A stretch of 64,000 nucleotides of DNA from the NCBI GenBank assembly GCA_024137785.1, contig JAHRHZ010000058.1, positions 33,151,646 to 33,215,645 of the forward strand, given 5' to 3'. Below the pieces are notes generated by a model. The model worked only from the letters and a program-made list of their open reading frames with translations, searched no databases and had not been told where the DNA came from. Made by a program: the position numbers and the translations under genes. Source of the DNA: Ginglymostoma cirratum. Its lineage: Eukaryota. Positions 26,245 through 40,543 of this stretch are shown piece by piece. The first letter of the stretch is position 1. Each line of letters starts with the position of its first letter.

Positions 26245-26600
26245 TTTGCTTATTCACTAACGGGATGAGGGCGTCACTGACCAGGCAGCATTTATTGCCC
26301 ATCCCTAATTGCCCAGAGGGCAGTTGAGAGTCAACCACATTGCTGCGGATCTGGAGTCACAAGTAGGCCAGACCAGGTAAAGATGGCAGATTTTCTTCCC
26401 TAAAGGGCATTAGTGAACCAGATGGATTTTTCCCAACAATCAACGATGGGTTCATGGCCATCATTAGATTCTCAATTCCAGATAATTTACTGAATTCAAA
26501 TTCCACCATCTGCCGTGGCAGGATTCAAACCTGGGTCCCAAGAATTTTATCTGGGTCTCTGGGTTAACAGTCCAGTGATAATACCACTAGACAATTGCCT
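26245..26600 (-). mobile_element. tRNA-headed SINE (same family as 13175), full length
   Basis: High similarity to 13175-13535 over the whole length. Confidence 0.85.
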
Positions 26601-26604
26601 TCTC

Positions 26605-27360
26605 CTGTATGGAGCTGTATATAATGTTAGTTCGGCCATAACTGGAATACTGTGTGCTGTTCTGCTTGCCACACTATAGAAAGGATGTGATTGCACTAGA
26701 CAGGGTGCAGTGAAGACTCACCAGGATGATGAACGATCTCTGGACTCGAAATGTTAATTCGGTGTTCTCTCTGCAGATGCTGCCAGACCTGTTGTGTTTC
26801 TCCAGCTCTCTCTGTTTCTGTTTTGGTTCACCAGGATGTTGCTTGCTGTGAGTGTTTTGACCACAAAGAGAGACATGAGAGGCCACAGAGATAGCAAGAA
26901 CTGCAGATGCTGGAGTCAGAGATAACAGTGTGGAGCTGCAGGAACACAGCAGGCCAGGCAGAATCAGAGGAGCAGGAAAGCTGATGTTTTGGGTCGGGAC
27001 CCTTTTTCAGAAATGCATTTACACGTGTTATTACATGAGAGGCCACAGTTGCTTTCATGAGAGTGGAGAAGGCTGGTGGAGGACCTGATTGAGGTCCACA
27101 AAATGATGATATGCACAGATCGAGTAGATATAAAAGCACAAGCTTGAGGATATCTGGAACTCATTACCTGAAAGGGTGGTAGAGGAGGGAACCATCACAG
27201 CATTTAAGAAGTATTCAGATGAACACTTGCAGCACCACAGCATACATTCTTGGCCAAGAACTGAAACATGGGGCTAAAGTGGGTAGGTGCTTGATGAATA
27301 GCATGAACACGATGGGCTGAAGGGCCTCTTTCCATGTTGTACAACTCCATGACTCTATAT
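26605..27360 (+). mobile_element. CR1 3' fragment containing two PLE tails (26729-26827 +, family B; 26889-27032 -, family A)
   Basis: RP.LEYCV.F motif; TSD TCACCAGGATG (26718-26728 and 26828-26838) and TSD ACATGAGAGGCCACAG (26873-26888 and 27033-27048). Confidence 0.85.
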
Positions 27361-27639
27361 TGAAATGTAAGTAATTAAGTTAATTTGGAAAAAAATTACA
27401 TTAGTATGAAATAAGCATTTTTTGTTCAACTGAAAAACAGTATTAACATTAGGTCTGCATACTACCTTAAAAATAGTGTACTCCCAAGGGAATTCTCGGG
27501 ACTTATATTAAATTAGTGTATGTAATGCAAGGTCACTCCACCTTCATGTACATATAGCACCTTTACAACCTTTATCTCTTGAAGGATATGAGGGACTTTT
27601 ATGTGTAACTAGCTCAGTAACTTCTGTACTAGATGTACC

Positions 27640-28350
27640 CATTGGACAAGTAAACCAAATATTCACAAGTTATGTATCCAGCAAAGCAGTGCTGCAGACT
27701 CATCCATTGTCTTTGTCTGGTTTCTGAAAAACAAAGGTTCATGGAATTAACAGCAATCTAACAAGTTGCCTTAAAAACTGGCTTAGCTGTGTAAAAATAT
27801 AAAATGATGATCATTGGAACCCAGCTTGATTCAGGGGTGTAGTGGTGGATGAACACAGCAGGCCAAGCAGCATCAGAGGAGTAGGCAAGCTGATGTTTCA
27901 GGCTTAGACCCTTCTTCAGAAAATGGTTCAGGGGTTTTGGCTTGAGCCACTGCTCTCAATTTTGTTTATAAAATATGTGGCAAGGGCATTTCATGTAATG
28001 TAGCATTGGTAATGATCACAAGCTATGTGACTAAGTGACAAGTATAAGTAAGATTAATGGCATTTCAAGGGAATTGGAACAGTTACTTGCCTGGGTGAAT
28101 GTAGATGGATTTTAAGCAGGGAAAATGTAAAATTACAGGAATTACATTGTGAGGCAAGTGTATACGTTGAAGAACCACTCAATAATAAAAGGATCTGTGT
28201 GTTATGCAAAATGGTCACAGGCAGTATCCAAATAATATGAACTATTATCATCAAAGTTCATAATTTACTGTGCAGCTTAACAAACCTAGGTGATTCTAAT
28301 CTCATAAGGATCTTTTTGGTGAGGATAGTTTCAAAGTATCAACTTTGTGA
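27640..28350 (+). mobile_element. Very old CR1 fragment with a PLE family A tail at ~27840-27925 (-)
   Basis: Degenerate K.KVHGI and QG.VL motifs; the tail is flanked by duplicated TTCAGGGGT. Confidence 0.6.
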
Positions 28351-31300
28351 GAAAAAATTATTCATGTGTGATACGGATGACTGATTCAGGCCACTAAGCT
28401 GTGAAGGGAGATGCACCTATTTTTTATTTTCAACAAGGAAGATCATGTTTTTCACATTTTTAATATATTAAAAATATTAGGAGAAATGATCATTGTGAAT
28501 CACAGCAGATTACTTAGAGTAATAAGGACGATGAAAACAAAACTAAAATGAAATTAGCAAACTTTTAACAAGACCTGAAATCAAAAATATTTTTTTCTAC
28601 ATGGGAAATATGGAATGGAGACTTGGATTTTAATTCAGGGATGTTTTAGGGCAGATTGCTAGTGCAATCATTTCAAAATGCACCCATTGTCCTAACAGCT
28701 CAAGCCTCATTAGAATCTCATAGGCAAGTTTCCCATCTGATATCCTAACTTGACAGATAAAACCATCACCTCTGATCAATAATCAGATCAGCCAGCAATA
28801 ACTTTAAAAATAAAATGCTGTATGTCTATTAAAGTGAGATTGCATTGCCCTCTACTTTTTGAGGAAACTTTGTTTAACAATGAAGGAGAAATTCAGAGAT
28901 GGCAAGGGAAAGTTGTGTCTGGTTCCCTGAAGCCTACTTAAGATCACATTGAAGGAATTCAGGGTGAGGATCATGCACTGGCATGAGGCTTCTTAAACAT
29001 CATGAAGAGACATTACACAGAGTATCACCTTCAGTAATAACATCTCAGAATCTGTGACCAGGACAGGAAGTCTCTCAATGACTCTCAAAGTAATAAAGGT
29101 AAGTACACCCTTAACTTTATGGTAATAAGTCCTTAACATCTTCCTCACTACACTCAAAACTTCTCTTCCTCCCTTAATCATTCCACAGCATTAGGCCATA
29201 TTTTAATATTTCTCACTCTCATTAAATATATACACTTTCTTTTCCAAGCTCCCTTTGCAACACCCACTGGTACCATTCTATCCAGCAAACTACAACAATG
29301 TAGTACCATTCGGCTGGGCCATACTTTTGGGAGTCAGCAGAATTATTTCGGTGCCTGGATTATTGTTTCAGAATGCTAACTAGAAGGTCAACGATGTTTT
29401 TGATGGTGCCATGGTCTCATTGTATCTGTGTTGTTCCAACATAGTGAGTTTGCAAAGGAATGTCATCAAATAACTATAGAGGGGTATTTTTGTTCTCTAA
29501 TGTTGTAAATTTGGGTTTAAGTTCTTTCAAGTGAACATTAACCGGCTTTATTTGAACATAACTATGTACAAAGGTTATAGTAAAAGAGAACATCCTCTGG
29601 AACCCAAGAGATTCAGGCTTGACTATCATGTGATTTAATATCACTATGACTTAGCTCCTTCTGCACATTCTCAGTAGCTATTCCTAGAGTAAAGATATGA
29701 TTATCCCTTTGCTCCACATTTAGTGACCATCATGCTATGTATCTGGATAGATGGAAAAGTCAGATTTTCCCACCTTCATGTATGACAGAATGAAGGCATC
29801 ATTGGATGCTGTCCAAGAAACTGGCACAAACTTACATTAGCTTTTTGCGGTGACCATACCCCAGCCATGGTGGGAAAGACCTGTTTTGTTTATACACACT
29901 GCTGGCTACTCTTCTAGTGCCCTGATATTTACCAAAGTGCAGTCTATTGTGTCCTGTGTAAAATGGAACCAGGAGGTCTTTTGGCTCAGTAGACAGGTTC
30001 CCCAATTCTGAGCCAGAGCTCTAAGTTCAAGTCTCACTTCAGCCTGATCGATGATTCAAACCTCATTATGTGCCAAAGAAACTTTGAAAATCAGCCTGAT
30101 AATCACTTCCACACCACTCCCCAAATGTAAAATAAGTATATGTGACAATATCAAACAAAGTGATCCTGCAAATCCTAAAATAATTTCATTTGACTGTTGG
30201 TGACTATTGGAATGCCAATGTGGTGGTTTATGCAGGCAAGGTAGGCATTGGTGATGTTTGATGCACTCCAGGCTAGGAGAAGTGATGTTTTCTGTGATAG
30301 CCTAGTAGGAGCCTATGGCAAGTCATTCAAATGTGTTTATGACTTTGTCAGCCACTAATAAAATATAGCCCCCAACCCTTCAGTTCAATAGTGAATAGAT
30401 TATATATTGCTGCAGAAACGAACAAAGAGCATGATGGAGGAATTCAACAAGTCCAGTAGCACGCTTTGAGAGAGAAACAGAATTAACACTTCGAGAGATT
30501 TTTTTTTGGAACTGAAGGGGGTGGGAGACAATGATTTTTTTATGCTGTTGATGAGGGAGGGAGGAGGAGTGAGTGGAACAGATGGTGAGGGTGCTAAGAA
30601 TAAAAAACAAGGACCTCACTTGCTTGGTATGTGGGTCCTACTGGTTGACCAACATGCTCTTGTTAAAAGGTGTGTATGAGAGATTAGGACAAATGCAGCA
30701 AGTTAGATACTGCTAGTTCTGGTTTTAATATTGTCCCAACGTCAGGTACCCTGTTCTCATCTGGTAAGTAGTGTAATGTTGTTTGTTCTGACAGCCAGGG
30801 TGTTGGTGGAAAATACAGCATCATGGTGTAGACCATTCCATCTTAATGACAGTAAAAAGGAAAACCAAACAATACAAGGCAACTAGTAATGCAGCCACAC
30901 AATTGGCAGCAAGATATCTAGAACTTTCTATACTCTCACTCATCTGTTACAATAAAAAAAATTATCACAGTTGGTCTGAAAATTTATTTTGTATAAGGAT
31001 TAAATCTTGTATATCAGTAACCTCGTAAATAATATTCGCTAATCTAAAGATTGTAGTAGCATATCAATCCGCAGCAACCAGCCTAAGATTGACAGCCCAA
31101 CCATCACTGGTTGTTCAGTACTTTGTTTATTCCATCTGCCCGGAATTGGAATTCTCCTGCCCAGGAGACATTACTGCACGCATAAGCTCGCAAAACTCTT
31201 TGCCCTGGAGTTAAAATTCACATGATGAAAGGGAACTGTTGGCAATATCTACATTGTCTAAACATTACATTAATTTTACGCTCATTTATAGATTTTTTTA

Positions 31301-32152
31301 TACCTGTTTTATAGATTTCACACTGTGCAATTAAGTTCATAACCATATTGCCAGCCAAAACTTAGTGAATCCAAGACAATTTATATTTGGGTGTATGACA
31401 CAATGTATCAGAACCCACTGTCATTGTTGGGTGTCATGTAATATAATTTTACTCATTTTAACTTTGCAATGGAATTATATTTCAAGTTGTGACATATTCA
31501 AATGGAGTTAGAATGTTTCCTGTTTTCTCTAGGATCAAGACTTCTCTTCAAACAATAGCATTACTCCAAAATGGAATTTCATAATTCCACTGCAGTTGCA
31601 GTATGAGCGCACACTGGGGCCTGGATATTTCTGCAGTATGAGTTCACCTGTCAGAGGGAGGATGGCTAGATTCCTGATCCACCATACTGACTCCATCAGG
31701 GCAACAATCCATTACCTGGGTCAGCACTACTTACCTAAGGCATGCCCCACCAGCTAAAGATACCCAGACATGGTTGAGAGATAAAGATGCGATAATGCTG
31801 GATCTAATTATATTCTAGACAAGTGTTGCAGCAGCCAAAGAAATCAAGCCAAGTTTAAAAAGCAGACATGCCTCAAAAATCCACAGTGTGATAAAATTCT
31901 AGATCTCAGATTGAACCGGAAATGTTAGTTTTAGGAACAGAGGAGTGGACCGGGTACCCATTGCTGGGCCTTCACTATCAAATTTGAATTCAGCAGGTTT
32001 TCTCTGCTGCTGGAGGGCTTACCACCACATCTACAAAGCAGTTCCTGAGGTCGTGGCAGTATTTCAGAAGGTGGGGAAATTGGATGGATTTTCCTGCAAA
32101 TGTTGGAAGATGAACATTGATTGTGCAGCTTGATGCAACAATTGGTCTCCCT

Positions 32153-32292
32153 AAATAAAAACTGAAAGAACTGCGGAAGCTGTAAATCAGGAACAAAAAC
32201 AAAGTTGCTGGAAAAGCTCAGCAGGTCAGGCAGCATCTGTGAAGAAAAAAACAGAGTTAATGTTTCGGGTCCGATGACCCTTCCTCAGAACG
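32153..32292 (-). mobile_element. PLE 3' tail, family B, with hammerhead core at 32259-32288
   Basis: Reverse strand: CUGAGGA-A-GGGUC(AUCG)GACCC-GAAAC-AUU. Confidence 0.8.
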
Positions 32293-33204
32293 CCCCAGAA
32301 GTGGATACCCTGTTCAATTTCCCTTTATGCTTCATCCTATACTGCTTCAGGAATTACAACACAGAAACTCCCAGCTGTTAGTATTCATCTGGTTTAAGAC
32401 TGAGAACCAGGGTCATACGTGATCTATCAGTATCCACTGTGTAAACAGTGAACACTGTGCAAACAGAGTGACATCTGGCACAGCATGGATAATCTTTATT
32501 CACTGGATAACCTGGAAATAATTCAGAGAAGTAAAATGAATAAAATAAAAGTTAGCTATCAGCACTTTTTTAAGTATGTAAGAAGATGTTTTTCAACTCT
32601 TTCATATGACGTGAGTGATTGATAAGAAAACGTCCTGCTTTACAATTGAATCCTTTGTGCAATAAACATGTGGGCTCACAAACTGCCAAACCGCACTCAT
32701 TTCAAAATTGCCCATCTCAGATTTGCATCATTAAATGTAATCCACAGATAGTTAAATGTTGATTAGGCTGTTGCTGGAATAAGTACTGTATGTCACCAGC
32801 AGAAAATACTGCAAACTGTAAGATTGCTGATGTAATGCAAGGGTCACACAAAGAAGAACAAAGACTTTGCCAGAGAGCTTGAAAGAACCTTTACTTCAGA
32901 GCCGTAACAACCATTTGCCTTATTTGAGGTCATTAGAAATGAAGTAGGCAGTGGAATTCCCTGCAACGGTGTTTATTTGGACTTCAAGAAATATTTTGAC
33001 AACATTCCAAATTAAATACTTCTCATTAAATTAAAAGCTAAGATAAGAACATGGGACTGAATAAGAACCTGGTTAAAGCACATAAAACAACTTTGGGACA
33101 TTGCTGCTATACTGAGTCTTCAGGGCAAAATATAAGGCACTGTGACATTATCCCAATTTCCATCACATATCATGTTATTGTCCATCAACAGGTCACCGAT
33201 AGTC

Positions 33205-33400
33205 TCAAAACAAACAGTAAAAGCTTGTGTATGTTGTAAATCTGAAACATGAACAGAAAATGTTGGAAATATAGCAGGTCAGGCAGCAACTGTGGAGAGA
33301 AGAAAAAATGGCTAATGTTACAGATTAGTGACCTTTTGTCAGAACTATGGAGACCTGAAATGTTAACTCTGTTTTTCTCTCCACACATGCTGCCTGACCC
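33205..33400. mobile_element. Two PLE family B tails in inverted arrangement
   Basis: GGTCAGGCAGCA..TGTGGAGAGAA (~33278-33301) and its inverse TTCTCTCCACACATGCTGCCTGACC (~33375-33399). Confidence 0.7.
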
Positions 33401-33489
33401 AGTTCCAACTTTTTTTAAGTTTATCCAACAAAAATTTACATTGCATGAGCAATTACACTCATATGATCTTAATAATCTTACACCATAAT

Positions 33490-33955
33490 CCCGAGGATGT
33501 GATTGTACTGGAAGGAGTGCAATGGAGATTCACCAGGATGTTGCCTGGAATGGAGCTATGAAGACAGGCTGGATAGGTTCAGGTTGTTTTCCTTGGAGCA
33601 GAAAAAATTGATGGAGGACATGATTGAGATGTATAACAATATGAGGGGCATGGACAGGGTTGACAGAAAGCAGCGAAGGTTCAATAACAAGTAGACATAA
33701 TTTTGAAGTGAAAGGCAAGAGGGCATTCGAGGAAAATGTTTTTCACCCAGAGGGTAGTGGAGACATGGGAGGAGTAGTTAAGTTAGGAAGCCTTGCAACC
33801 TTTAAAAAGTACTTGAATGAACAATTGAATTGTCGTAACTTTCAAGGCTATGCGCCTAGTGTGGGAAAGTAGGATGAGTTTAAGTGGAAGTGTATTTTTG
33901 ATGGCACAGACACAATGGGCTGAATGGCTTATTCTGCACTGTATGATTCTATAAT
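33490..33955 (+). mobile_element. CR1 3' fragment
   Basis: ORF 33503..33694 (SYEDRLDRFRLFSLEQKKL) followed by a CR1 3' UTR. Confidence 0.85.
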
Positions 33956-36009
33956 CCCATGAATTGGGCAACATTTAAATTGTTGGGGGGAAACTGCTGC
34001 TGTTTCAGGCCATCCAATATAAGTTCTTCTACAATTTTGCCTCTGATCTCTTTTGAATAATCAGCACAGGGGTTGAGATTGGGCATAGGGCAGTGGTTAT
34101 ATAACATTTGACCAGAAGATCTAACTTTAAAGAATGTGCACAATTAATGGAAATTTCAAATTTGGCTGGTTGTGAGGGCAAACATAATTCCTTTGCAAAG
34201 ATTTGTCTTTTCTTTTTCAGTTTTTCCAAAGGGGTTGGGAAGGAGGAAGAATGTGCAAAATTAAGTTAAAAGAATGTCAATATAAAGACAAAAGAAGACA
34301 GAATTTTGTCAAGCAATGGAGACATACAGCATCTCTATCCTTCTGTTTGTTGTCTGGCAAAGTGAGTGTGGTCTTCCTCTACGTGTTTGATGCAAGAACA
34401 ATGGTCCAGATTGTCATTTCAGGGCCTCTTGTCTGTGTTGAGCTGTCCGTCCTGTTTGTCAGAAGGTGATGCCCTGGCCTAAATGCTCATATAATACAGA
34501 TTACCATACAATTGGAAGTCCTGGGAGCCAGAAATATTTATTCCAAACAGACTTCATTCTTCCTCTCCATAGGTACAACAATATTAATTGCATTCTCGAG
34601 TCCACATTCAGTTTTATATGTTTACTTCCCTGACAGTGATAGGTGAGAAATCTATGTCAATATGTATATTCCCTCAATACCATAAATTCCAGAGTTTCCA
34701 GTTGTCACATTTTGGTCACAGTTTTCTGTCCAATTTTCTTACGCTTATACTTATAATGAAAGCTGCCTATGGAAATTTGTTTTACTGGAATTATACTTTC
34801 CCTTTACTGGTGATCTCGCACCCGTTTAGCATCTTCTTGCTTCTCAGCCACCAGAACAGATAGAGAAAGCTAGAAATACTCAATGGCACAGCATGCTACA
34901 GGAGAGGCAGTTATTGCCAGTGACTACCCACTGTAGCTTCCACAGGAGAAGCATAGAGGACCAGCTGAATATCAATAAGATACAATGCTGGGCCTAAAGG
35001 GCATGGGGGTGGGGAACAGTTGGAAGTGAAGTTTAAAATGGTGGGTCTCCACATGGAGGTGTGGGTAAGAATGAGTTGTCAGGGTAGAGCAAATAAAAAG
35101 GGGATATGGAGGCTTTGAGGGAAGAGGGTACTGGGTGATGAGGCAGAGTCTGATGTTGATAACACCCACTGACAGCTGTGTTCCCTGTCATCACTTGCTA
35201 TTCTCTAATTTGGAAACACAACTGGAAAAAGGCTTGGACAATGTCAATGGTGAACAGAGGCAATGTCACTGCAGTAGGCAACAGCATGGGCTGTTGATGG
35301 GGTAAATACAGAAGCAGGCATTTGTAAACTCCAACTACATTTCATGTGCAGCCAGCTCACTGTCCATTTGCTAAGCTGAATGAATGTCTTTAAGCCAGTG
35401 AAAGGTGATTTGCACCAGGCTATTGGTCCTTGCACGTTGAACATCTCAATGATACTGAAATTAGTGGCAATGTCTTAAAAAGAGACAAATGCTGATCCAA
35501 GATGAATCACTAATTGTGCAAATTCCCAGGATGCCGAGATCATTGGTCCATCATCTGGCACATGAATTTACTGATGGCCCATATTGAATACAGGGAAAAG
35601 TTGCATGATTGACATGGGTCTATTGACGTGGCATCTTCACCAAGTTGGTACACATGTTCCGGCTGAAACAATGAATCATAGAGCCATGGTCCTCATAAAC
35701 AGGGTGCTGCACGCATTACTGTCTGTGTGCATCCATCAGCTGCAAAGTATGCCAATGATGACCCACCTGAGATCTAAGAACCTCTATCATTCTTTAAGTT
35801 CCCAATGTAGGTCAATTACACTAAGAGCATTGCGCCCAGCTGCTGGTGCCGTGTTGGTCACTGCAGCTACCTTCCTAAAAAAGTTAAAATCAGGGCTGAT
35901 GGCAAGTCCAGGAGCAGCAGCATTCCTGTGGGGATGATGATGTGCATCCAGCTTGGGGAGAGGACACAGCTGTAGGGCCCTGAGGATATGTCTTTTAACT
36001 CTGACTGAA

Positions 36010-37060
36010 ACTCCTTGAATGCTGTTGGAGCTGCAGCCATCCACACAAGTGGGGAGTATTCCATCAGACTCCTCACTTGCACCTCATAGAAGGTGAACAG
36101 ACTTTGAGGAGTCAGGAGGTAAGTTACTCATCACAGTATTGCTAGCCCCTGACTTTCTCTTGTAGCCATTGTGTTTATATAGTGAGTCCAGTTAATTTTC
36201 TGATCAATGGTAACCCCCAGGTTGTTGATAATGGGGGAATTCAGTGATGGTAAAACCATTGAATATCAAGGGGTGATGATTACATTGCACCTTTTGGGAA
36301 TAGTCATTGCCTGGTATTTGTGTGGTGCATATGGTCCTTGCCACTTCTCAGCCAACACCTGGATATTATACAGATCTTGTTGCATATGAACATGGACCAC
36401 TTTAATACCTGAGGAGTCATGAATGGTGCTAAACATTGCACAAACATTGGTAAACATTCCTACTTCTGACCTTATGATGGAGGGAAGGTCATTGATGAAG
36501 CAGCTGAAGATGACTGGGCCTTGGGCACTACCCTGAGGAACTCCTGCAGAGATGTCCTGGAGCTGAGATGACTGACCTCCAACAACCACTACCATCTTCC
36601 TAAGTGTCAAGTGTGACTCCAACCTGCAGAGAGTTTGCTCCCAATACCGATTATTCAGTTTTGCTAAGGCTTCTTGATGCCACACTCGGTTGAATGCAGC
36701 CTTGGTATCAAGGGCTGTCACTCTCACGTCATCTCTGGAAGTCAGCTCTTTTGTCCATGTTTGAACCAAGATTGTAATGAGGTCAGGAGCTGAGTGGCCC
36801 TGGTGGAACCCAAACTGGGGATTACTGAACAGGTTGTTGATGAGCAGGTGCTGGTTAACAGCACCATTGATAACACCTTCCATCACTTTACTGATGGCCA
36901 AGACTAGACTGATGGAGAGGTAACGGACCGGGTTGGATTTGTTTTGCTTTTTGTGTATAGGACATACCTGGGCAATTTTTCAGGTTGGCATCTATCTGAA
37001 AATGTTGTAAGTGTACTCGAAGAACTTGGCTAGAGGAGCATCAAGTTCTGCAGCACAACC
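36010..37060 (-). mobile_element. LINE RT fragment of a second CR1/L2-group family
   Basis: ORF 36266..36901: SKVMEG...QFGF..GHSAPDL...ALD.KAAF.RVWH...AGVPQGS..GP..F..FINDLP. Confidence 0.9.
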
Positions 37061-37609
37061 ATCAGGTAAGTTTTGAATATAAATGCAACCAGTTTTAACA
37101 TTTTTTTTTGGACTGTCACTTTAAATGTTGCTCAGTTAGCACTGTACGTTTATTTTCATACCATCACTTCTCTTCCTTGCAAAAATAAAAATTGTGATTT
37201 TCCTTTTTGTGCCAGGTAATATTTTTCCTCCTGATCTCTCCTTTCATTTGGTGTTCACTCTCGCATTTTGACAACTGTGAAATCAGTTGGCATTTGAACT
37301 ATTTGCATATTCTCTGCTAACATAATAACATTTTCTGTTGATGCTTGATCTTCTTGGAGATTCCTGAGCCTCATGATGATGATACCAACTCTTTGTACAC
37401 TCATCCTACTGGCACTTGTAACTTCCATTCAATTTGATAAGACACTCCAAAGTGATCTAATGCAAGAAAAACCTTTGCTTAAAAGGCAAATCTCTTAATA
37501 GACACTCTTTTCTCCATAAAAGCAAAGACAAACGATTTAATAGAGTTTAAAATTATAAAACCAGGCTTGCTACATAGATGTAGATGTTTTTACTTGTTTA
37601 AAACACAAC

Positions 37610-38060
37610 CGGTTTAGTCGATAGCAACCTCACATGTGAATCAAAAGGTTCGTTTAAGAGTCACACCAGAGAGCTGAGCACACAACTCCAGGATAACACC
37701 ACAGAGTTGGGGAGTGTTGCACACTGTGAGATTCCATCTTTCAGATGGGACATAAAACCAAGATCCCATCTGCTCTTTTAGTTCAGATGGGACATAAAAC
37801 CAAGATCCCATCTAATTTAAAATGTCTCACGGCGCTACTTTGAAAAAGTGCACGAGAGTTATGTTGATTGATACTTACCCCTCAATTAACCTAACATTAC
37901 CTGTCCATTATTACAGCACTGTGTGTGGAAACTTGCTGTTTTCAAATTAGCTGTCGTGGTTTCTACATTACATCAATGTTTATACTTAAAAGGTATTTTA
38001 TTAGTAGTAAAGAACTTTGGGATATTTCACAAAAGTTGCTATATAAATGGAACCTTTTGT
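37610..38060 (+). mobile_element. DeuSINE (SacSINE1-like) SINE with an internal ~32-bp duplication
   Basis: Deu-domain-like CTTTCAGATGGGACATAAACCAAGATCCCATCT, repeated at ~37782-37813; tail GTAAAGAACTTTGGGA...GCTATATAAATG. Confidence 0.65.
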
Positions 38061-38569
38061 TATTTTATTTCCGGAGAGACATAAACAAGGGACCATAAAT
38101 ATATGGATAGTCGGTAATACATTCACCAAGGAATTCAGGAGAAACTTGTTCATTCAACATGGTGAGAAAGTGGAACAGGCTACCAAATGAAATGGATGTA
38201 GTGTCAAGCATAGGTGAATTAATAGAAAGCTGGGTAAGTACCAGAAGAAACAAGGAATGTAAAATATGTTGTCATGATGAAATGAAATAAAAGTGAAAGC
38301 GTACTCCTATGGATTATATAAATGGCCATAGACCTGTTGATCTGAAAGACCTGTTTGTGTTTGTAAATTCTTTGTTAAAGTCTCGCTCTTTTTAATTGAG
38401 GATATATTGCAAAAAAGAGGATGAAAATTAGGAGGTTTTTTTGCACATTAAGTGAAATAGTGAGATAGTAGGGCCGTAGTCACTGGCATAGTAAGCCAAG
38501 GCAAATGTTCTGGGGACATGTGGCCAAATCGCTCCATGGCAGATGATGAAACTTGATTTAATAATATTT

Positions 38570-38852
38570 TGGGCAGCACAGGGGCTCAGTGGTTAGCACT
38601 GCTGTCTCACAGCGCCAGGGACCCAGGTTTGATTCTAGCCTCAGACAACAGTTTGTATGGTGTTTGCACATTCTCCCCGTGTCTGCGTGGGTTTCCTCCA
38701 GGTGGTCCGGTTTCTTCCCACAGTCCAAAGATATGCAGGCTAGGTCAACTGGCCATGCTAAATTGCCCGTAGTGCTGAGAGATGTGTAGGTTAGGTGGAT
38801 AATGGGGGGATGGGTCTAGGTGGGATGCTCTGTGGGTCGCTGTGGACTTGTT
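38570..38852 (+). mobile_element. HE1-type V-SINE
   Basis: tRNA-like head GGCTCAGTGGTTAGCACTGCTG...GGTTTGATTC and V-domain TTTGCACATTCTCCCCGTGTCTGCGTGGGTTTCCTCC. Confidence 0.9.
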
Positions 38853-40067
38853 AGAACATCAGAACATAAGAACCAGGAGCAGGAGTAGGCCATCTGGCCC
38901 CTCGAACCTGCCCCGCCATTTAATAAGATCATGGCTGATCTTTTTGAGACTCAGCTCCACTTACCTGCCCACTCACCATAACCCTTAATTCCTTTACTCC
39001 TCAAAAATTTATCTAGCCTTGTCTTAAAAACATTCAGTGAGGTAGCTTCAACCGCTTCACTGGGGAGGTTATTCCACAGATTCACAACCCTTTGGATGAA
39101 GAAGTTCCTCCTGACCTCAGTCTGACATCTGCTTCCCCTTATTTTGAGGCGACGCCCTCTAGTCCTAGTTTCACCTGCTAGTGGAAACAACCTCCCTGCC
39201 TCCACCTTATCTATTCCCTTCATAATCCTTTATGTTTCTATAAGATCTCCCCTCATTCTTCTGAATTCCAATGAGTATAATCCCAGTCCACTCAGTCTCT
39301 CCTCATAATCCAACCCTCTCAACTCTGGAATCAACCGAGTGAATCTCCTCTGCACCCCCTCCAGTGCTAGTATATCTCTTCTCAAGTAAGGAGACCAAAC
39401 CTGCACACAGTACTCCAGCTGTGGCCTCACCAGGACCCTATACAGCTGCAGCATAGCCTCCCTGTTTTTAAACTCCATCCCCCGAGCAATGGCAGACAAA
39501 ATTCCATTTGCCTTTTTAATCACCTGCTGCACCTGCAATCCCACCTTCAGCGATTCATGCACAAGGACACCCAAGCCCCTCTGCACAGCAGCGTGCTGCA
39601 ATTTTTTACCATTTAAAACATAGTCCATTTTGCTGTTATTCCTACCAAAATGGATGACCTCACACCGATCAACATCGTACTCCATCTGCCTGACCTTTGC
39701 CCATTCACTTAGACTATCTATATCCCTCTGCAGACTTTCAGTGTCTTCTGCACACTTTGCTCTACCACTCATCTTAGTGTCATCTGCAAATTTTGACACA
39801 CCACACTTAGTCCCCAACTCCAAATCATCCATGTAAGTTGTAAACAATTGCGGTCCCAACACTGATCCCTGAGGCACACCACTAGCCACCGACTGCCAAC
39901 CAGAAAAACACCCATTTACGCCTACTCTTTGCTTTCTACTGGTCAGCCAATCCTCTATCCATGCCAATACATTACCTGTAATACCATGCAACTTTATCTT
40001 ATGTAGCAGCCTTTGGTGTGGCACCATGTCAAATGCCTTCTGGAAATCCAGATACACCATATCCACA

Positions 40068-40543
40068 ATAACAAGCATGGGGCTGGATGAACACAGCAGG
40101 TCAAGCAGCATCATAGGAGCAGGAAAACTTGACGTTTCGGGCCCAAACCCTTCATCAGAAATGGGGGAGGGGAAGAGGGTTCTGAAATAAATAGGGAGAG
40201 AGGGGGAGGCGGATAGAGGATGGATAGAGGAGAGGATAGGTGGAGAGGAGGCAGACAAGTCGAGGAGGTGGGGATGGAGCCAATATGAATATGATTTGCT
40301 GTTCCTGCAGCCTTCGGGTGGCATCACTGTGGCATTGCAGGAGGCCAAGGATGGACATGTCATCTGAGGAATGGGAGGGGGAGTTGAAATGGTTCGCGAC
40401 TGGGAGGTGCAGTTGTTTGTTGCGAACTGAGCGCAGGTGTTCTGCAAAGCGGTCCCCAAGCCTCCGCTTGGTTTCCCCGATGTAGAGGAAGCCACAACGG
40501 GTACAGCGGATGCAGTATACCACATTGGCAGATGTGTATCTCT
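40068..40543 (-). mobile_element. 5'-truncated Penelope-like element (family A): GIY-YIG endonuclease plus hammerhead tail
   Basis: NVVYCIRCTRCGFLYIGETKRRLGDRFAEH...PVANHF; perfect 17-bp TSD GATACACCATATCCACA (40051-40067 and 40544-40560). Confidence 0.93.
40131..40158 (-). ncRNA. Minimal hammerhead ribozyme motif (family A)
   Basis: CUGAUGA-A-GGGU(UUGG)GCCC-GAA-AC/GU-C, downstream of the GIY-YIG ORF on the sense strand. Confidence 0.75.

Noticed and set aside
34325-34480. Minus-strand AG..GTATGT-bounded exon candidate
   Set aside because: All three frames contain stops.
35560-36000. Harbinger transposase remnant
   Set aside because: Only a vague resemblance; no catalytic motifs could be read.
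38570-38645. tRNA gene
   Set aside because: The tRNA-like segment is the head of an HE1 SINE and continues into the V-domain; the same applies at 54610-54684.
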